From positions 40,984,001 to 41,048,000 of the forward strand of contig CM097885.1 of assembly GCA_044892525.1 (NCBI GenBank): a stretch of DNA of 64,000 nucleotides, read 5' to 3'. A program made the position numbers and the translations under genes. The notes beneath the pieces are model-generated. The model saw only the letters and a list, made by a program, of their open reading frames with translations, did not search any database and was not told the DNA's origin. This stretch comes from Schmidtea polychroa. Lineage: Eukaryota. The stretch's first letter is position 1. Each line of letters begins with the position of its first letter. Below are positions 27,447 to 40,850 of the stretch, one piece after another.

Positions 27447-27639
27447 TTATTATTTGTTTAAATGAGATCGTTATAAACACAAAGAATAACAACCAGGGTT
27501 TCTTATTTGTATTATGGTAAAAATTGAGATATATAATCAGTTTTTGAATATGGATACGTCGAGAATATTATAATGAATATAATTCATATTTTATTTTATT
27601 TTTTGTTTTTTTTTTGTTTTTGGGATTTTCATAGTACTT

Positions 27640-27645
27640 AATAAA
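27640..27645 (+). terminator. Candidate polyadenylation signal of the DENND11-like gene
   Basis: AATAAA ~190 nt after the stop codon, followed by GT/T-rich sequence; AATAAA is common by chance in this DNA. Confidence 0.45.
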
Positions 27646-27880
27646 TGTTATTGTTATTGTTTCACTTAATGAAATTTAAGATAATGATTTAAGAAATCTG
27701 AAATTTAAAACTAAATTTTATTAGGTCCGAATAACGGTAGTCAATACCATAGAGAAAGCAAGTGAAATCTCTGATTTTATTTTCGCTTGACAATAGTGAA
27801 ACGAAATATGTTATCAGAACTGTAGAGTATGAAAAATGAAAACATAAGCCCATAATATTCATCTACTATATCCTAAAAAA

Positions 27881-28574
27881 ATAATCAAGTAACTTCTTTT
27901 TGTTTAATTTTTCAATTAATTCCCTTATTCAAATCTTCTCCAAACAATTATTCTTCACAACTATTTTCTTTACAATTCTTTTTCACAATCGTTTCTCCAA
28001 CAAAGTTTTGTCTGACGTTGTCTAATTTTCTCCAATAATTTTATCTCTCAAATTGTCTCTCAAATCGTTTCACAAATTGTCTCAATATTTGTTCCCACTT
28101 TTCCAAATTTTGTTCTGATTTCGTGTCCACCAGTTTTCATTTATATAGTTTGCTTCTCTTGTGGCACTCAAGATAATCAAGTGTTTTTCCACTTTCTTTC
28201 TCCTGCTTCCCCGACTGTTCCAATTTTATCTCTGACGGCTGTCAAGTTATTTTCCCTTTTTTCTTTTTTTGTTTGACCGCCTTCTCCCAGCAATTACGTT
28301 ATTACTGGCAGGCTGTCGAGATAAGAATATTATTGTTTTTCTTTTTTCATGATTTCAAAATTCCATTTCCTTTTTGTACTAATTAATTAGTACTGACCTT
28401 GGTTTTTATTTTCATGTTTGATTCCTTTTATTTTTTTATCTTTCTCATTTTTAATTTCTTTTTACTTCCGTTTTCTTTTCTGAGTTTCTATAGATCGTCC
28501 CGTTTGTCATGGCGATCTTCCCCCAAGTAATTTTATTTATTTATTTATAAATTTTTATTTAGGTATCCTCAACA
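27881..28574 (-). mobile_element. Truncated copy of the LTR at 11103-12039
   Basis: Reverse complement starts TGTTGAGGATA and shares ggggaagatcgccatgacaaacgggacgatcta, gtgccacaagagaag and other blocks. Confidence 0.9.
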
Positions 28575-28639
28575 TTATCATCTATTAACCCTTTGACTTT
28601 TGGTGGGTCGTCAGTTGAATTGTGATCTCATTCTCTAAT

Positions 28640-28960
28640 GTTTTGCTAGATTGATCGGCATACAACAGCATTCATAATCAAAAAGTCTATCAGACCTGAA
28701 CTTCTTCCAGTCATTGTCAGCGCACCAACATTATATTTTATAATTTTTACAACTCGTTCCTTTAACACAGTCTTCAATTCAAGTAGTTCAACAAAATTTC
28801 AACAATCTTACTCGAATGGGTATTTAACATCAAATTTAACTCAAACTTTCTAATGGTCCACGTTGATAGCATTCGGGAATTATACTGAATGCACATTTTA
28901 GATCTTTGTGAAATTTTCCAATTACATTTCCCAATAAATTCCTAGTCTTTTTGTTGCAGT
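28640..28960 (-). mobile_element. Degenerate hAT transposase relic
   Basis: YNVGALTMTGRSSGL resembles the DGAxxMxG..SG motif; otherwise eroded. Confidence 0.35.
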
Positions 28961-29639
28961 GTGATGTAAAAGCTAAAGATCTGTAATTCGTTTCATAATT
29001 TTATCTTCTTGAGGTTAGAAAACAAAGATAGAATACAATTTTGAAAACATATTGACAATTTTTCCATTCAAAAATACTTTTGGGTTTTTGGTTCAAACTA
29101 AACAGAACCTTACTGCTGCCTTCACGTATAATCCCTTATTTTGCTTAAGCAATTGAAATTTATTCTGTTGTTTCTGTTGATTTCTTTTAATTTATTTTTC
29201 TTACCTTGGTTGCAATTGAAAATTGTTTTATCAAAATCATGGTGCATGAATGTTTAGTCATTATAGATTGTTTTTATTATCGTATAGTAGATTACAGCAT
29301 TTAATATCAAGAAGTCAAAAATACTCCTAAATTAATAACTCGATTTTATTTACATAGTGGTTTTACTTTACATACACATTTTCAATAAGCAAAAAAATAG
29401 GTATAGTGCTCGAGGCATGAGTCACAAAACTGATACCCAACACATCTGTAAATGTATTAAAACTAATTTAATTTACAAATTTTTATTTGATTACAAAAAA
29501 TTACAAAACTTTGCGTTTAATTATTTACTACACTAGACTTTACTAAATAAAACTTCTATAATGTAAACAAAAGCAATAAATTTGATATTACATCAAAGGG
29601 CAATTAATAAGACCCTCAATAATATAAGAAAACCAATAT

Positions 29640-30426
29640 TATTGTGTGTTCCAGAAGCAAGTATGATAACTGCACTTAGTAAGCCATATTATAGTTCTCT
29701 CCCACAAAGAGTGGGATTTGTATCATCTAAGGTGCCTCTAGACTCTCCATTTGACACATACTGTCCATCAATTTCCAAAACCGAGCAGGAAAAAAGAATT
29801 TGTCCCGAATGCGGGATATATCATGCATCACAGGCCAGCTTAAAGCGACACAGAATCATTCATGAAGATGTGCATACCATTGCACCACCTGTTATCGAAG
29901 CTGATGATGATGTGGTTCTGATGCCATTCGTCAGTGAAATGCAGAACAGTGCGATGCCAGTCATTCAGAATTTATTCGAGTGGTTGCAAACGGGATTAGA
30001 AACGGAGGATGGTTAAAGGAATAAACTGCAATGCGCAATTTTTAGTTTATGTTATTCATTGTATTAAATTATATTCAGTTTAGGTTATAGGATATCTTTG
30101 TGTATACACTTCTATGAACAATTATGATTGGATTGGTAATTAGTCGGGTTTTATAGTTTTTAATTGACTCACATAATTATTACATCCGTAAGACGCATCT
30201 ACAACCATTACAGTAACAACTAAATGGGTTTATCTGTTTATTTTACATACATTTTATATTAAAAAGAAATTGTTTTAAATGTTTATATTTAATGCATCTT
30301 AATACACGGGTTGGGACCGCCGAGCAACGTACGCATTGGGGGGAGGTGAAAATGTACGAGATGCAACAGGGGGAGGGGGTGTCAAAATTTGTGGTTTTTT
30401 TGCGTACATAATATATGGATGGCCCC
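29640..30426 (+). mobile_element. 3' part of a DNA transposon with GG termini (Zator-like): transposase C-terminus and right TIR
   Basis: FDTYCPSI...RICPECGIYHASQASLKRHRIIH (C2H2-like); right end tgcgtacataatatatggatggcccc|taa (TWA-type target); left part missing. Confidence 0.6.
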
Positions 30427-31635
30427 TAATAATATGTCTGCCAATTTCAAAAATGACATTGGATAAGAGCATTTGACATTAAATAGGAGCATATAATATC
30501 GAAGGCTAGAAGCAATTAATGTGAGAAGAAAAATAAATAAATACACAATCTAAAATAAAATGTACAAACAGTATGACATTAATAAAAGGCCTTGACAATA
30601 AATAAAAGCCTCATTGTAAATTTAAAAATCGAATTGTAAATGTTTTAATGATATATCTGATGTTTCCACTTTATCAATTATTCCATAAAGACAATGTCAT
30701 AGAAATGTAAACATTAAACCGCCAAATTAATAAAATTTATTTCAAGAAAATTATCCTCATCATAAGTCTGCCATCATAATTTATTAAATAAAACTTATTT
30801 ATAAATTAAATTAAAAATATTAAAGTAAAATAGCCAATAAAAATGCTTAAATTCTGAATGGACAATGTGATAATTCAACACTCGGCACAACAACGCAATA
30901 GTACTAAATTGGATGTATTAATTGAAATAAAAGACAAAATTGTCAACTGAAAGTGACACACAAATTTTCTGCTTATAGCTAATTCAACTTGGAAATGTTG
31001 TCTCAATTTTAGTAAAAATATTCGAGTAAAATTTAAATATCTTAATATTGCGTTGCTGTCTTAAAATAAGAGAAAAATGAATTATTATAATTCCTGATGT
31101 TATATTTTGAAAACCAATTATTAAATAATAAATCCACAAGTAAACAAGTATTAGGCTATTTTTCTGACTTGTTTATCTATAATTATGATTAGAATTTTCG
31201 TACTTTATTTTGATAGATATTTGAGACTGAGCAACAACAATTGTTTGACAATTTCATTGGGTTTTCTATTTACTTTATTTATTATTTTTGAGATATTGAT
31301 AAATGTAGAAGAAAAATAGAGAAATACCATGGCAATCATTTATGGAGAATTCTCTATGGGAAATTGAACCATAATATTTATGTTGTTTCTTCTTATGAGA
31401 ATTGTTTGAATGAATAAAACGAGCAACGAAAACTTTGTATATTGAATTTTTTTACCATAATTTTCACATCAGTAAAAAAATATATAATAATTTTGAGGTT
31501 TTGCAGCCACAATTTTTTGTAGATTATTTCATCAAACAGAAAGCTTAATTTTTTTGTTTTACTATTCATCAAATAGATACTAAAACAAATACTAAAACAA
31601 GAAAATTAAACTTTCTATGTTTTTGATTTCTGCAA

Positions 31636-32900
31636 ACCCGGATTCCGGAATTCAGTCCATTGTCTTTGATTTCAAAAATCCGGAATTCAAAACCTTCCTC
31701 AAATTTTTGTTTACCAAAGATGGAAAGAGAACCAGATTATACTTTTGTAAATGTCTGGAAGAATAGCGAATCAAATTCAGTGTGGGAATATTTTTTAATC
31801 AGAAAAACAAAATATATTGCGAAATTTATTCGATGTGATCAAAGTGTTAAAAATAACAGGCGGATGTACAACCCCTATGCACACACATCTTTGCAGTAAA
31901 CATAATGCGGTTCTAACAATGCAAAAACTTTCTGAAACCGCTAGAGAGACTAACAAAAATTAACAAAACATTAAATACAATTGACAAGTTTATTTCATTC
32001 CTGAAAAAGATGAATCTTTGTCGGGAGAAATAGCTCGAATGGTCGCTTTAGATTGACTCCTGTTTCATGTCTTTTTCAGTTTAAATAACCTAAGGAAATG
32101 TTTATGTATGCATTTAAAGACTTGTAATGAATTACGGTGAACAAATTCGCAAAACCGTTATCTCCGAAATGATGTCACTAAAGTAGAAGTCGTTTTCAAT
32201 GTCACCCTCGATGAGTGTACTTCTGTTAGAAACAGGCGTTTTATGAACGTAAATGTGTATGAATCTCAACAAATGCGGAATTTGGGGTTGTCTTGTATTA
32301 GTGAAAGATTGGCGCCTCAGAATTGTGTTGAATTATTGAAGCAAACACTTGAGTTATTCCAACTAAATATTAAATCTGATATGTCGTGTTTTGTAACTGA
32401 CACAGAAAATTGTATTGCCGAAAATTGGTCGATCTTTACTTGCCAAAAACCTTTATGTTTTCCACATGCAATTCAGATTGCTATAGTGAATGGTATTTAT
32501 AAAAATAAATATTTGGATGGATCTGAAGATGAAATAGAAGAAGAAAACCTCAATGACCAAGATTCAGATTCAGATTTGAATTCCTGTTCTACCGAAGACG
32601 GATTTCGGGTAGATTCATATGATAATGATGAATTTTTGGATATCACAGAAAGTTTTAATCTGGGAACAATTATTAAAAGAGGTTAGAAAGATTGTTAAAA
32701 TCTTTTGAAAGTCATCCCTGAAAAATGAGATACTTCAGAAACACGTTTAAAATGATATTAAAAAGGAGTTGTAGGATCTACTCGATTCAAAGAGCAGATG
32801 GAGTAATAAAAGGAATACGCTGAAAAGGTTTAATCCGTTAAACACTTCAATAAGTAAAGCGATAATCGACATCACATCAGAAACAAGTTTAAATAAATTA
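31636..32900 (+). mobile_element. Degenerate hAT (Ac/hobo-like) transposase with BED finger
   Basis: NSVWEYFL...C...MHTHL.SKH; VTLDECTSVRNRRFMNVNV; CFVTD; LCFPHAIQIAI; LLDSKSRWS; subterminal ccggaatt repeats. Confidence 0.8.
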
Positions 32901-35296
32901 GAATGGGATATTATATCACAAATTTTAAGTAATTTAACAAATACATTAAAACAAAATTTAAAATTCAGTATTAGATCGAGTGAAAGATTAAAAAGTATTT
33001 TTATATCTTAATCTTTTCGTATTCTTTATACGAACTCTGCAAAGACATGTCAAAAATATTCCAAAGAAAAGAAAAGGAATAAAGGAATAAAGGAATACCG
33101 CTTTTTTATCAAATTTATTTAATGAAACAATTTACATAATAATAATAATTTTTTTGATAGCTGTTTTCTACACCAAAATACGTTTGTCAAGATGAATTGA
33201 TCAATAGATGAAATATTTTTGTTTTAATTGAAAAATAATTTTTTTTCTGACACAATAGTAAAAATTATTACCTAAAATAATTAATCCACAGAATAAATAA
33301 ATGTATTTCTCAAAATTTTAATTTTTATTTAAATTTGTTTTGTAATTTATTAAAACAATATGTTTTAATGCATTACAGGATCACCGTCTGGGATTTGCTA
33401 ACATTTCTTATATTGACAAATCTCTTCAAAAGCTTTCTTTAACAGCTTATTGTATCCCAGCTAAATAATTTAGCCTTTGGAATAATTTGTCTATTATTTA
33501 ATTTTTCATTTCTTAAACCATGTAGGACTTTAAAGAATTTTCTCAAATCATTTCTCTTGATTTATCTTGATAATTGCAATGGCTTAATTCTTTCAGTCAC
33601 CCGATTTCGCTGAAACATACAAAAATTTTTTAATTTTTTGGTCATCTATGATCTGATTTCTTTTTTGATGATGATGTCATTTGTTTTAATTCTGACTTTT
33701 TTTTTTACTTATTTTCTTTACTTTTTTTTGGTCAGAATGAAATTAAATGAAAAATTATAATCTTCTATTGAATGGCAAACAATATTTCATAATATAGAAA
33801 ATGATGGTTGCCACATCAATAACAAAAATAATTAATAAATGATATGATAAACCTTTATGCAAATTATGAATTGAAGAGAACTAAAATGTTCTTGTTGGTT
33901 TTATTAAACTTGAAATTTGCATTATTATCTTTTGTAAAAATGTTATTATATTTTAAAACATACTGAGTGAAGCCCATGATAAATCTTCAATTTTACAACG
34001 AAAATTGCCTCCAAAGGATCTGTATGAAAGAATTTTCAGTAAAAGTGATGAAAAATTTTTGGATTCACCAATGCATCCAATTAGGCTGGTTGACTAAACA
34101 TTTGAAAAAGTCGGCACCCGAAAATTGTTGTTATTCTTTAAAAAATATTGCTCTATTGTTTGCTATTTAATAATAATAAACAAATTATGAATTTTATTAC
34201 AATTATTATAATGAAAAGGAATTAAACATTTATGAAAAATTTTTAAAATTTTTTTTAATTATAAAACCAACAGCCACGGCTGATCTGTGAAAGCACTCAA
34301 TTTCAACTGGACATGCTTTAATTATATTTCATGGTTTAAAAATAATCAATATTATGTAATTTCACATATTTTAAGAGCAATAAAATGGATTGGAAAACCG
34401 AGAGAAAATTCAAAATTTATTTCACTTAGAATTGAAAAAAAAACGGTTGAGATTCGATCCCATAAAATGTCATTAATAAATAATCGTTTATAATTGTGAT
34501 TGTGAAAATCGATAAATTGAAATTTGTTGTAAAGGTGTTTTCACAGAGGAATTGTGCTGTGTTTCAAATGTGCAGTGCTGTCAGTGCGAGCTTTTTGATT
34601 GGATGCCTGCAATTATAATTTATTGATTTTTTAAATCATTTTATTATTAATCCAAAAAATTACGTCAGCTCAGTTTTCTCAAATGAACTCGGTACGAATT
34701 TTATATTTTTCTTTGATAATCAAATATTTAATTAAATATATATATATTGCGTAATGATAAACTACAATTTTATTGGATTAAATATTCTATTCTATTTTTG
34801 TGAAAAAATCAATAAAATAATTCTATTTCATTATTACCATTTTTTAAGAATAATTAAAATTTTCATATCATATTATTGTGATTGTCTGATAGAAAATTTT
34901 TATTAAATATCTATAATAAATAAAAATTTAATACAGTATTGTAAATTTGTTTAATTGAAATTCCTCTGTATACTTCAACCTCTTTTTATACATTTTATAG
35001 AATTATATGTATTATTAATTTTATTTAACCAATATATTATATAGTCATTAAATTAATCATACTATAATCAAAATATTATGTGTTATAAAGTAGTTAAAGT
35101 AATATAATTTTTATTATTAGTTGACTTACCATTTTTCGCGAAATTTAATTTTTTTTTAAATATCATGTAGTGGTTTTATGAAAAAAATATATATAAAATA
35201 TTCTGTCTTATATGAATTAAAATTGTTTAAATTAATAATTTTAATTATATTAATAAAATAAATATTTTAAAAATTTTATTCAATTTTGTTTTTATA

Positions 35297-35298
<2 letters not shown>

Positions 35299-35386
<88 letters not shown>
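35299..35386. repeat. (AT)n microsatellite
   Basis: Direct reading. Confidence 0.97.
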
Positions 35387-35388
<2 letters not shown>

Positions 35389-36271
35389 ATTAAAATAAAT
35401 TTCATCTTTGTCTATTTTTATTTTTTGAATGCTTTTAACTTCACATAATAAACAATTTTGCTTAAACTTATCAAAGTAGTCAATATTTGGAAATGAAAAT
35501 GAATCCCGTAAACAGATCCGCGTTGTTCTAAGGATGCAAGGGTTGTATTGCACCCGGGTGGCAGCAACTTCATATGTAGACATATAATGTTGAAGAACTG
35601 CATAATATATTAAATTAAAGATGTATGAAAATAATTTTTGATGATATTAATTGATATTATCATTGAAAAAATTGTCGAGTTGTTTTATAAATTAAGACAA
35701 TGGCAGATTTTGAATTTAAATAAATATTACATTAAAAACTTTCGTCTTATTTTTTATATGGCGACTATTGACTTTAAATGAATTAAGTTCGCAGAATGTT
35801 TGATCCCATACTTTGGGAAACGCTGAGTTAGAGTATAGCGGGAAAACAATGATGATGTAATTAGGAAATACAATGATGATTCGATGACTAAGTTCCACAG
35901 GTGCGACTAATACCACAATACAATTTAGAACCAAGAAAATAGGGTTATTAAAAATTTATTAAAGTTTAAAATATCAAAAATTAACTTGATGTTTGTTCCA
36001 TGTCTGCAGATGTGTTGATTAATGGGTCAAAGTATTATTACAAACCCATCAGGTCCAACTTCTATATTAAATATGATTGGTATTATGTTGGTATATAATA
36101 TATCAAACTCCTAGGTTTGTGGTTCTGAGAACTCCATCTCGATTATACTTTTGCTTATGGCAAAAAAGCCGTTCATCAACCTGGAATATTATATCAAACA
36201 TCCAAGATTTACAGAATCTGTTAGTAAATACAAAAAATAATTAATATTGAATAATTATACTTTTTGAATTA

Positions 36272-36736
36272 CCATATATACTCAACTATAAGTCGATTCA
36301 AGTATAAGTCGAAGTGTAATTTTTGGTAGATAATAGTGTCTAAAATCAATGACCTGAATGATAGTCGAAACATAAAATCGAACTTATTAAATAAAAGGTT
36401 AACTTTTAATAAAAAAAATTACCAACATGTTAATACAAATTAATAACTCCCGTTCATAACTTCCGGTTTGTATAGTACAAAAATAGTTAGTAAGGGAAGT
36501 ATATTCAAATAAATGTAATTAAAATATAATTTAAAATCCTAAAAACTCATATAGTCGACTATATTCGGTAATTAAAAAATACTGTATAATTAAAAAATTA
36601 ACACTACAAATTATAACAATTTTTTATAATTTCGTTAAAATTTAATTTGTAATTTTTTCACGTGTATAAGTCGAAGTGCCTATTTTGACTTGAAAATTTG
36701 AAGTAAACTTCTCGACTTATACACGAGTATATACGG
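36272..36736. mobile_element. Tc1/mariner-superfamily (pogo/Tc2-like) MITE
   Basis: ta|ccatatatactcaactataagtcga ... tcgacttatacacgagtatatacgg|ta; TA TSD; internal tataagtcga repeats. Confidence 0.85.
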
Positions 36737-37694
36737 TAATCAATTATTTTTTTCAGAATGACGTATCACACTAAGATGCCAACAAGATGGTCTATAAGAT
36801 ACATGATCCTAAAAGTTTAGACGTTCTAAATTAAAAACTTTTTAAACTCTTATTTTGTCAAATGATGATTTCTCTCAAATATCCTGTTTAAATTACATTT
36901 TTGTTTATATATTACACTTATTTAAATTTAAATTATTTAAATTATCCATATATTAATAGTCTACTTATTATTGATAGTAATACTTTTATTAAATCTTTAA
37001 TTTATAGTTTTCTTTTTAATAATTAGTAATTTATTTATTCAATGAATCATATGATGTAAATAGAATTAAGTAAATTAAATTAAAAATTACTTTAGCAATT
37101 ATATATCATAATGAATGTTATTTTTAATAATGAAAATTTCGTTTTCGTATTTCTTTGAGAAAAAATCATGTCTTTGTTTCCTCATAGAAAAAGCTCGTCA
37201 TTATCGCTTCTATAGATAATGGGAAATTCTAGACTTCATTTGCCTAAAATTTTTTTTTTATTTCTTAATATAATTTTTTTATTTAGTAATATTTTCTTCC
37301 AATTGAATTTTTATAACATGTAAAAACTATATTTAAAAATTTTTGAATAAACAAATTAAATTTATTAAAATTAAAATTTATTTTTGTTTGAATGCTATGA
37401 AAGAACAAGTGGCTCTGGTATGGATCTCAGCTATGGATATACTGTAATACGCCGCAAATAATGACGCCAATAAGAGTCTGTAACTAAATCTTTCACAGTG
37501 GGCTGCATCATACTTTCATCCACAAATTGTTGGAGTTAACTGGATTAATGTAACATAAGGTCTAAAAGTTTTAATTAATGTAACATAAGGTCTAAAAGTA
37601 CAGAAATCTGTAAAACACATAAGTAGTATGTCGTGAGCCCGTAACACTATAAGGAAACGCCGCCTGCTCCGTAAAACATATTCCTGCGTGGAAT

Positions 37695-38640
37695 ATGTTG
37701 TAAAAGGTTGTTGATATCGAATTTTGTTATATGAAATACGTTTTGCCATTCTTAATAATTTTGATACTAATTTAAAAAAATAGTAGAAACCCATGGAATC
37801 AAAAATATAAATCTTTTCAGATTTCACACAATTTTTAGCCGAATGAGAACAATAACACCTGGTATTAAATATTTCGGCGGATCCACAAAATCAAATTATA
37901 GTGAGGAACACATTCTGAAAAGTTATGAATCTATAACTAGCTTTTTCCTATTATAATGATTACCATAATCCATAGGAGTAAGATATCCCTATTATAATTT
38001 CAAATAGTTTCAATTATTGTCTTGTGAGCATATATATTGGCTCCTCCTTCAATTTTGATTAATTCAAACCAAGAATAGTATCTTTAAAAAGTGTATGAAA
38101 TATGGACCAAATGTGGACAAAACATTTTCATGGGAAACTAATCTTCTTGTATTTTCAATTGTCTGAAATGTAATATTGAATGTATATTATTCATTCTGAT
38201 GACGGTTTTCATTGATTTCAAAATCTTCTTGAGTAACTGTAAAGTAATTTTATTTGTTAACAATTACAAGTATTTTAATGTTGTATATATAATTGTATAA
38301 TTACCATAAAATGGAAAGAGTTTATATACAAAAATGAAATTCAACAAATCAACTTCCCAATTTCCTTGTAAATAAATTGGATTTTAAAGATTCTATGATG
38401 GAATTACTTCCTTGATTATTTGGATGAATTGTCTTACAACTATTGCTCGAAAAAGTCATGTAGAAATTAAACCCATGCAGAGTTTTGATATCCATGTCAC
38501 TTGATGTAATGATGTTTATCCAGATCATTATTTTTTGCTTTCAATATTTTTTTGAATTCTAAATATTGTTGGTGGATCAATAATTTGTTATTCTTGGTCA
38601 TAGAATTTACCAACTAATTCATTATTTTCATAAGTTTTAA
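37695..38640 (-). mobile_element. Maverick/Polinton (adintovirus-like) remnant: integrase C-terminus, minor capsid, major capsid and cysteine protease fragments
   Basis: ELVGKFYDQE...FRI...HYIK*HGYQNSAWV; FYMTFSSNS...HPNN...PIYLQGNWEVDL; FHTLFKD...IYAHKTIIETI*NY...PKYLIPGVIVLIRL; IYIFDSMG...YNKIRYQQPFTT. Confidence 0.75.
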
Positions 38641-39700
38641 TCACAGGCAGGGTATTCTATTGGACCTCTTCGTCCAAAACATCTATTTGAAATATTCTCA
38701 TAAAGATATTATCTTACATCACGAGAGATTGGAAGTGCTCCGTCCCGTGAAAAATATAATTCTCTATCTTTAATAAAGTCCTCTTGAATGCGTGGTAAAA
38801 TATATTCTTACAGAAAGTGTAGGTAATTGACACCAGTCGTTGTACAGTTAAAGAAGAATTGTTCAATTAATTCTTTGTTTAAAAGGTTGCACCACATTGA
38901 AACTCCTGGTAAATTTACATGATGTTTCTGTGTAACACGTGGATTTATAGTTGTTTTCTTTGGTACCACTGTTTGAATGTAACGTTCCATTTAGGACGTC
39001 TTAAAATGCAATGGACATTTGCTTTTCATATGCTAATCACACGAGCTGTTTATCTTACAGATATTTCAGATGTTTCGCAAAAGCTTTTCAGTACTCGTTC
39101 TTGGTTGGTAAAGGTCTTTGATGTTCTAGGTCTTCCGGAGCGTTGTCTATGAAAATCCTGAACAATTCATGTAAGTCGCGTAAGTGGGTCTGTCTTAAAC
39201 TTCATGTGATATTATCTTTGTACTTCTACTACATTTTCATACTTTAAATAGCATTTGAAAATACATTTTCTTTTTTCAAAAGTAAATATTGGTTCACTTT
39301 TTATTTCCAATTAATTACATTCTGAAAATAAAGAAAAATTAAAATAACTGAAAGTTGAATTACATCAGTTTAGTTGAAAAAGAAAACATCTTTATTTTAA
39401 AAATAAGCCCGAGAAAAAAGTTGAAAATTTTTTAAAATTTTAAAGTAAAGTTATTATCCAAAAAAGAATAATTTTGAATACCTCTCAAAAACTAAATTCT
39501 ATTTCTAAACCACTAAAATTTACATCTAAATTTACAAATAAAAAAAATAATAATAAATATAAAGTAATAGTTAAACTGATTAAAAAAATTAAATAAAAGG
39601 TTCTGAAAGAAATTCAAGTCTTGTTTATTAAATTCAAAATAATTTGATAATTAATTAATTGTTACAGTACTGACATAGTAACTTTTTTTAAACTGTATAT
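38641..39700 (-). mobile_element. Degenerate mariner-like (DUF4817-HTH type) DNA transposon
   Basis: EKRKCIFKCYLKYENVVEVQR; RSGRPRTS; NPRV...NLPGVSMWC...FFF..TTTGVNYL; YFSRDGA; GRRGPIEYP; upstream end approximate. Confidence 0.75.
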
Positions 39701-40039
39701 TAATTTCACTTTTTATATCTGTGTGAATGTTTGTATGAGCCACATAAATCTTGCAACGGCAAAGTAAACCACTTTTTTGGATGGATTGAGTTAAAATTTG
39801 GCGGATAAATTTCAGAGTAATTGAATGTATTACTCACTTTTTTGAAATTTTCAATTTTTCAATATTTTCAAAATTTCTTTCAAAATATTAATAAGATGTT
39901 CCTTTCAAATTAATTTCTTATCTAGGTGATTTGGCGTAATATTAAATATTTCATAGCATTGAGCACGCATATTAAAATTTTAATTTGGAGAGAATGTAAA
40001 TGAGTGAGATATAGAGTTTTAAAAACTATGTTTTTATGG

Positions 40040-40850
40040 TTAAGGTCACTGCATTCTGCACATTAATTTTTGGATACAATGACTTTATCAATAACGCCTC
40101 ACAAATCACACGTTCCTATTAATTATCAAAATTTTTTAATAAAATTTTAAAATCAGACATACCTATTTTAATCTTACAGCCCTTATTGTGCTCACTAATA
40201 TGGGTCAAAGTTTTCGGTTTATAATGTTCTCGAGCTCGAATACAGAGATGACGGAAAGTCTCTCCAATGTATGTGACATTACACCCATTATATGTAAACT
40301 GATAAACGAGATCGGAACACAATTCAACCGGAGTTTTGACTTATTAATAAACATATTGCGTACTTTCCATGAAGTTGACATTATTCTATAGTTTAAATTC
40401 CCTAACTGCTTTTTTATTTTCACTTTATAATCCTTAAAACCTTCTGAATACGGCAATACTAACACAAATTTAGGCTCATCATCCTTGCTCACACTATTTA
40501 ATTTATTTAACTCACCAGATTCACACACTTCAAAAACATCACACCCAGATTTTCTCAAACATGGATCCTTAGGATTTTTAATAAATTTTTTAAGAGTCTC
40601 TATTACCATAATTAATAAAAAGGATTTTGAACAATCGTTATTCAATAACAATTCAACCAATTTGTCTACAGTTTTTACTGAATTTTCAAAAGTAGAAGAC
40701 AAAGACCATGAACAATAAATCAATCTCTTCACCATATTTCTTTTATACTTGAATTCACAAAAACTTTCGGATGAAGTATAGAGACTGGTATCAGTTGGTT
40801 TTCTATAAATCTCTGTCTCATAATGTTTCTTTTTGCGTTGTATACATATA
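40040..40850 (-). mobile_element. Penelope-like retroelement fragment (RT thumb plus GIY-YIG endonuclease)
   Basis: TEIYRKPTDTSLY; LVLPY; LVYQFTYNGCNVTYIGETFRHLCIRAREH; EALLIKSLYPKIN. Confidence 0.88.

Noticed and set aside
37516..37690. TPTICG as the catalytic cysteine of the Maverick protease
   Set aside because: It is separated from the protease motif by ~50 unrelated codons containing a 26-bp duplication; likely coincidental.
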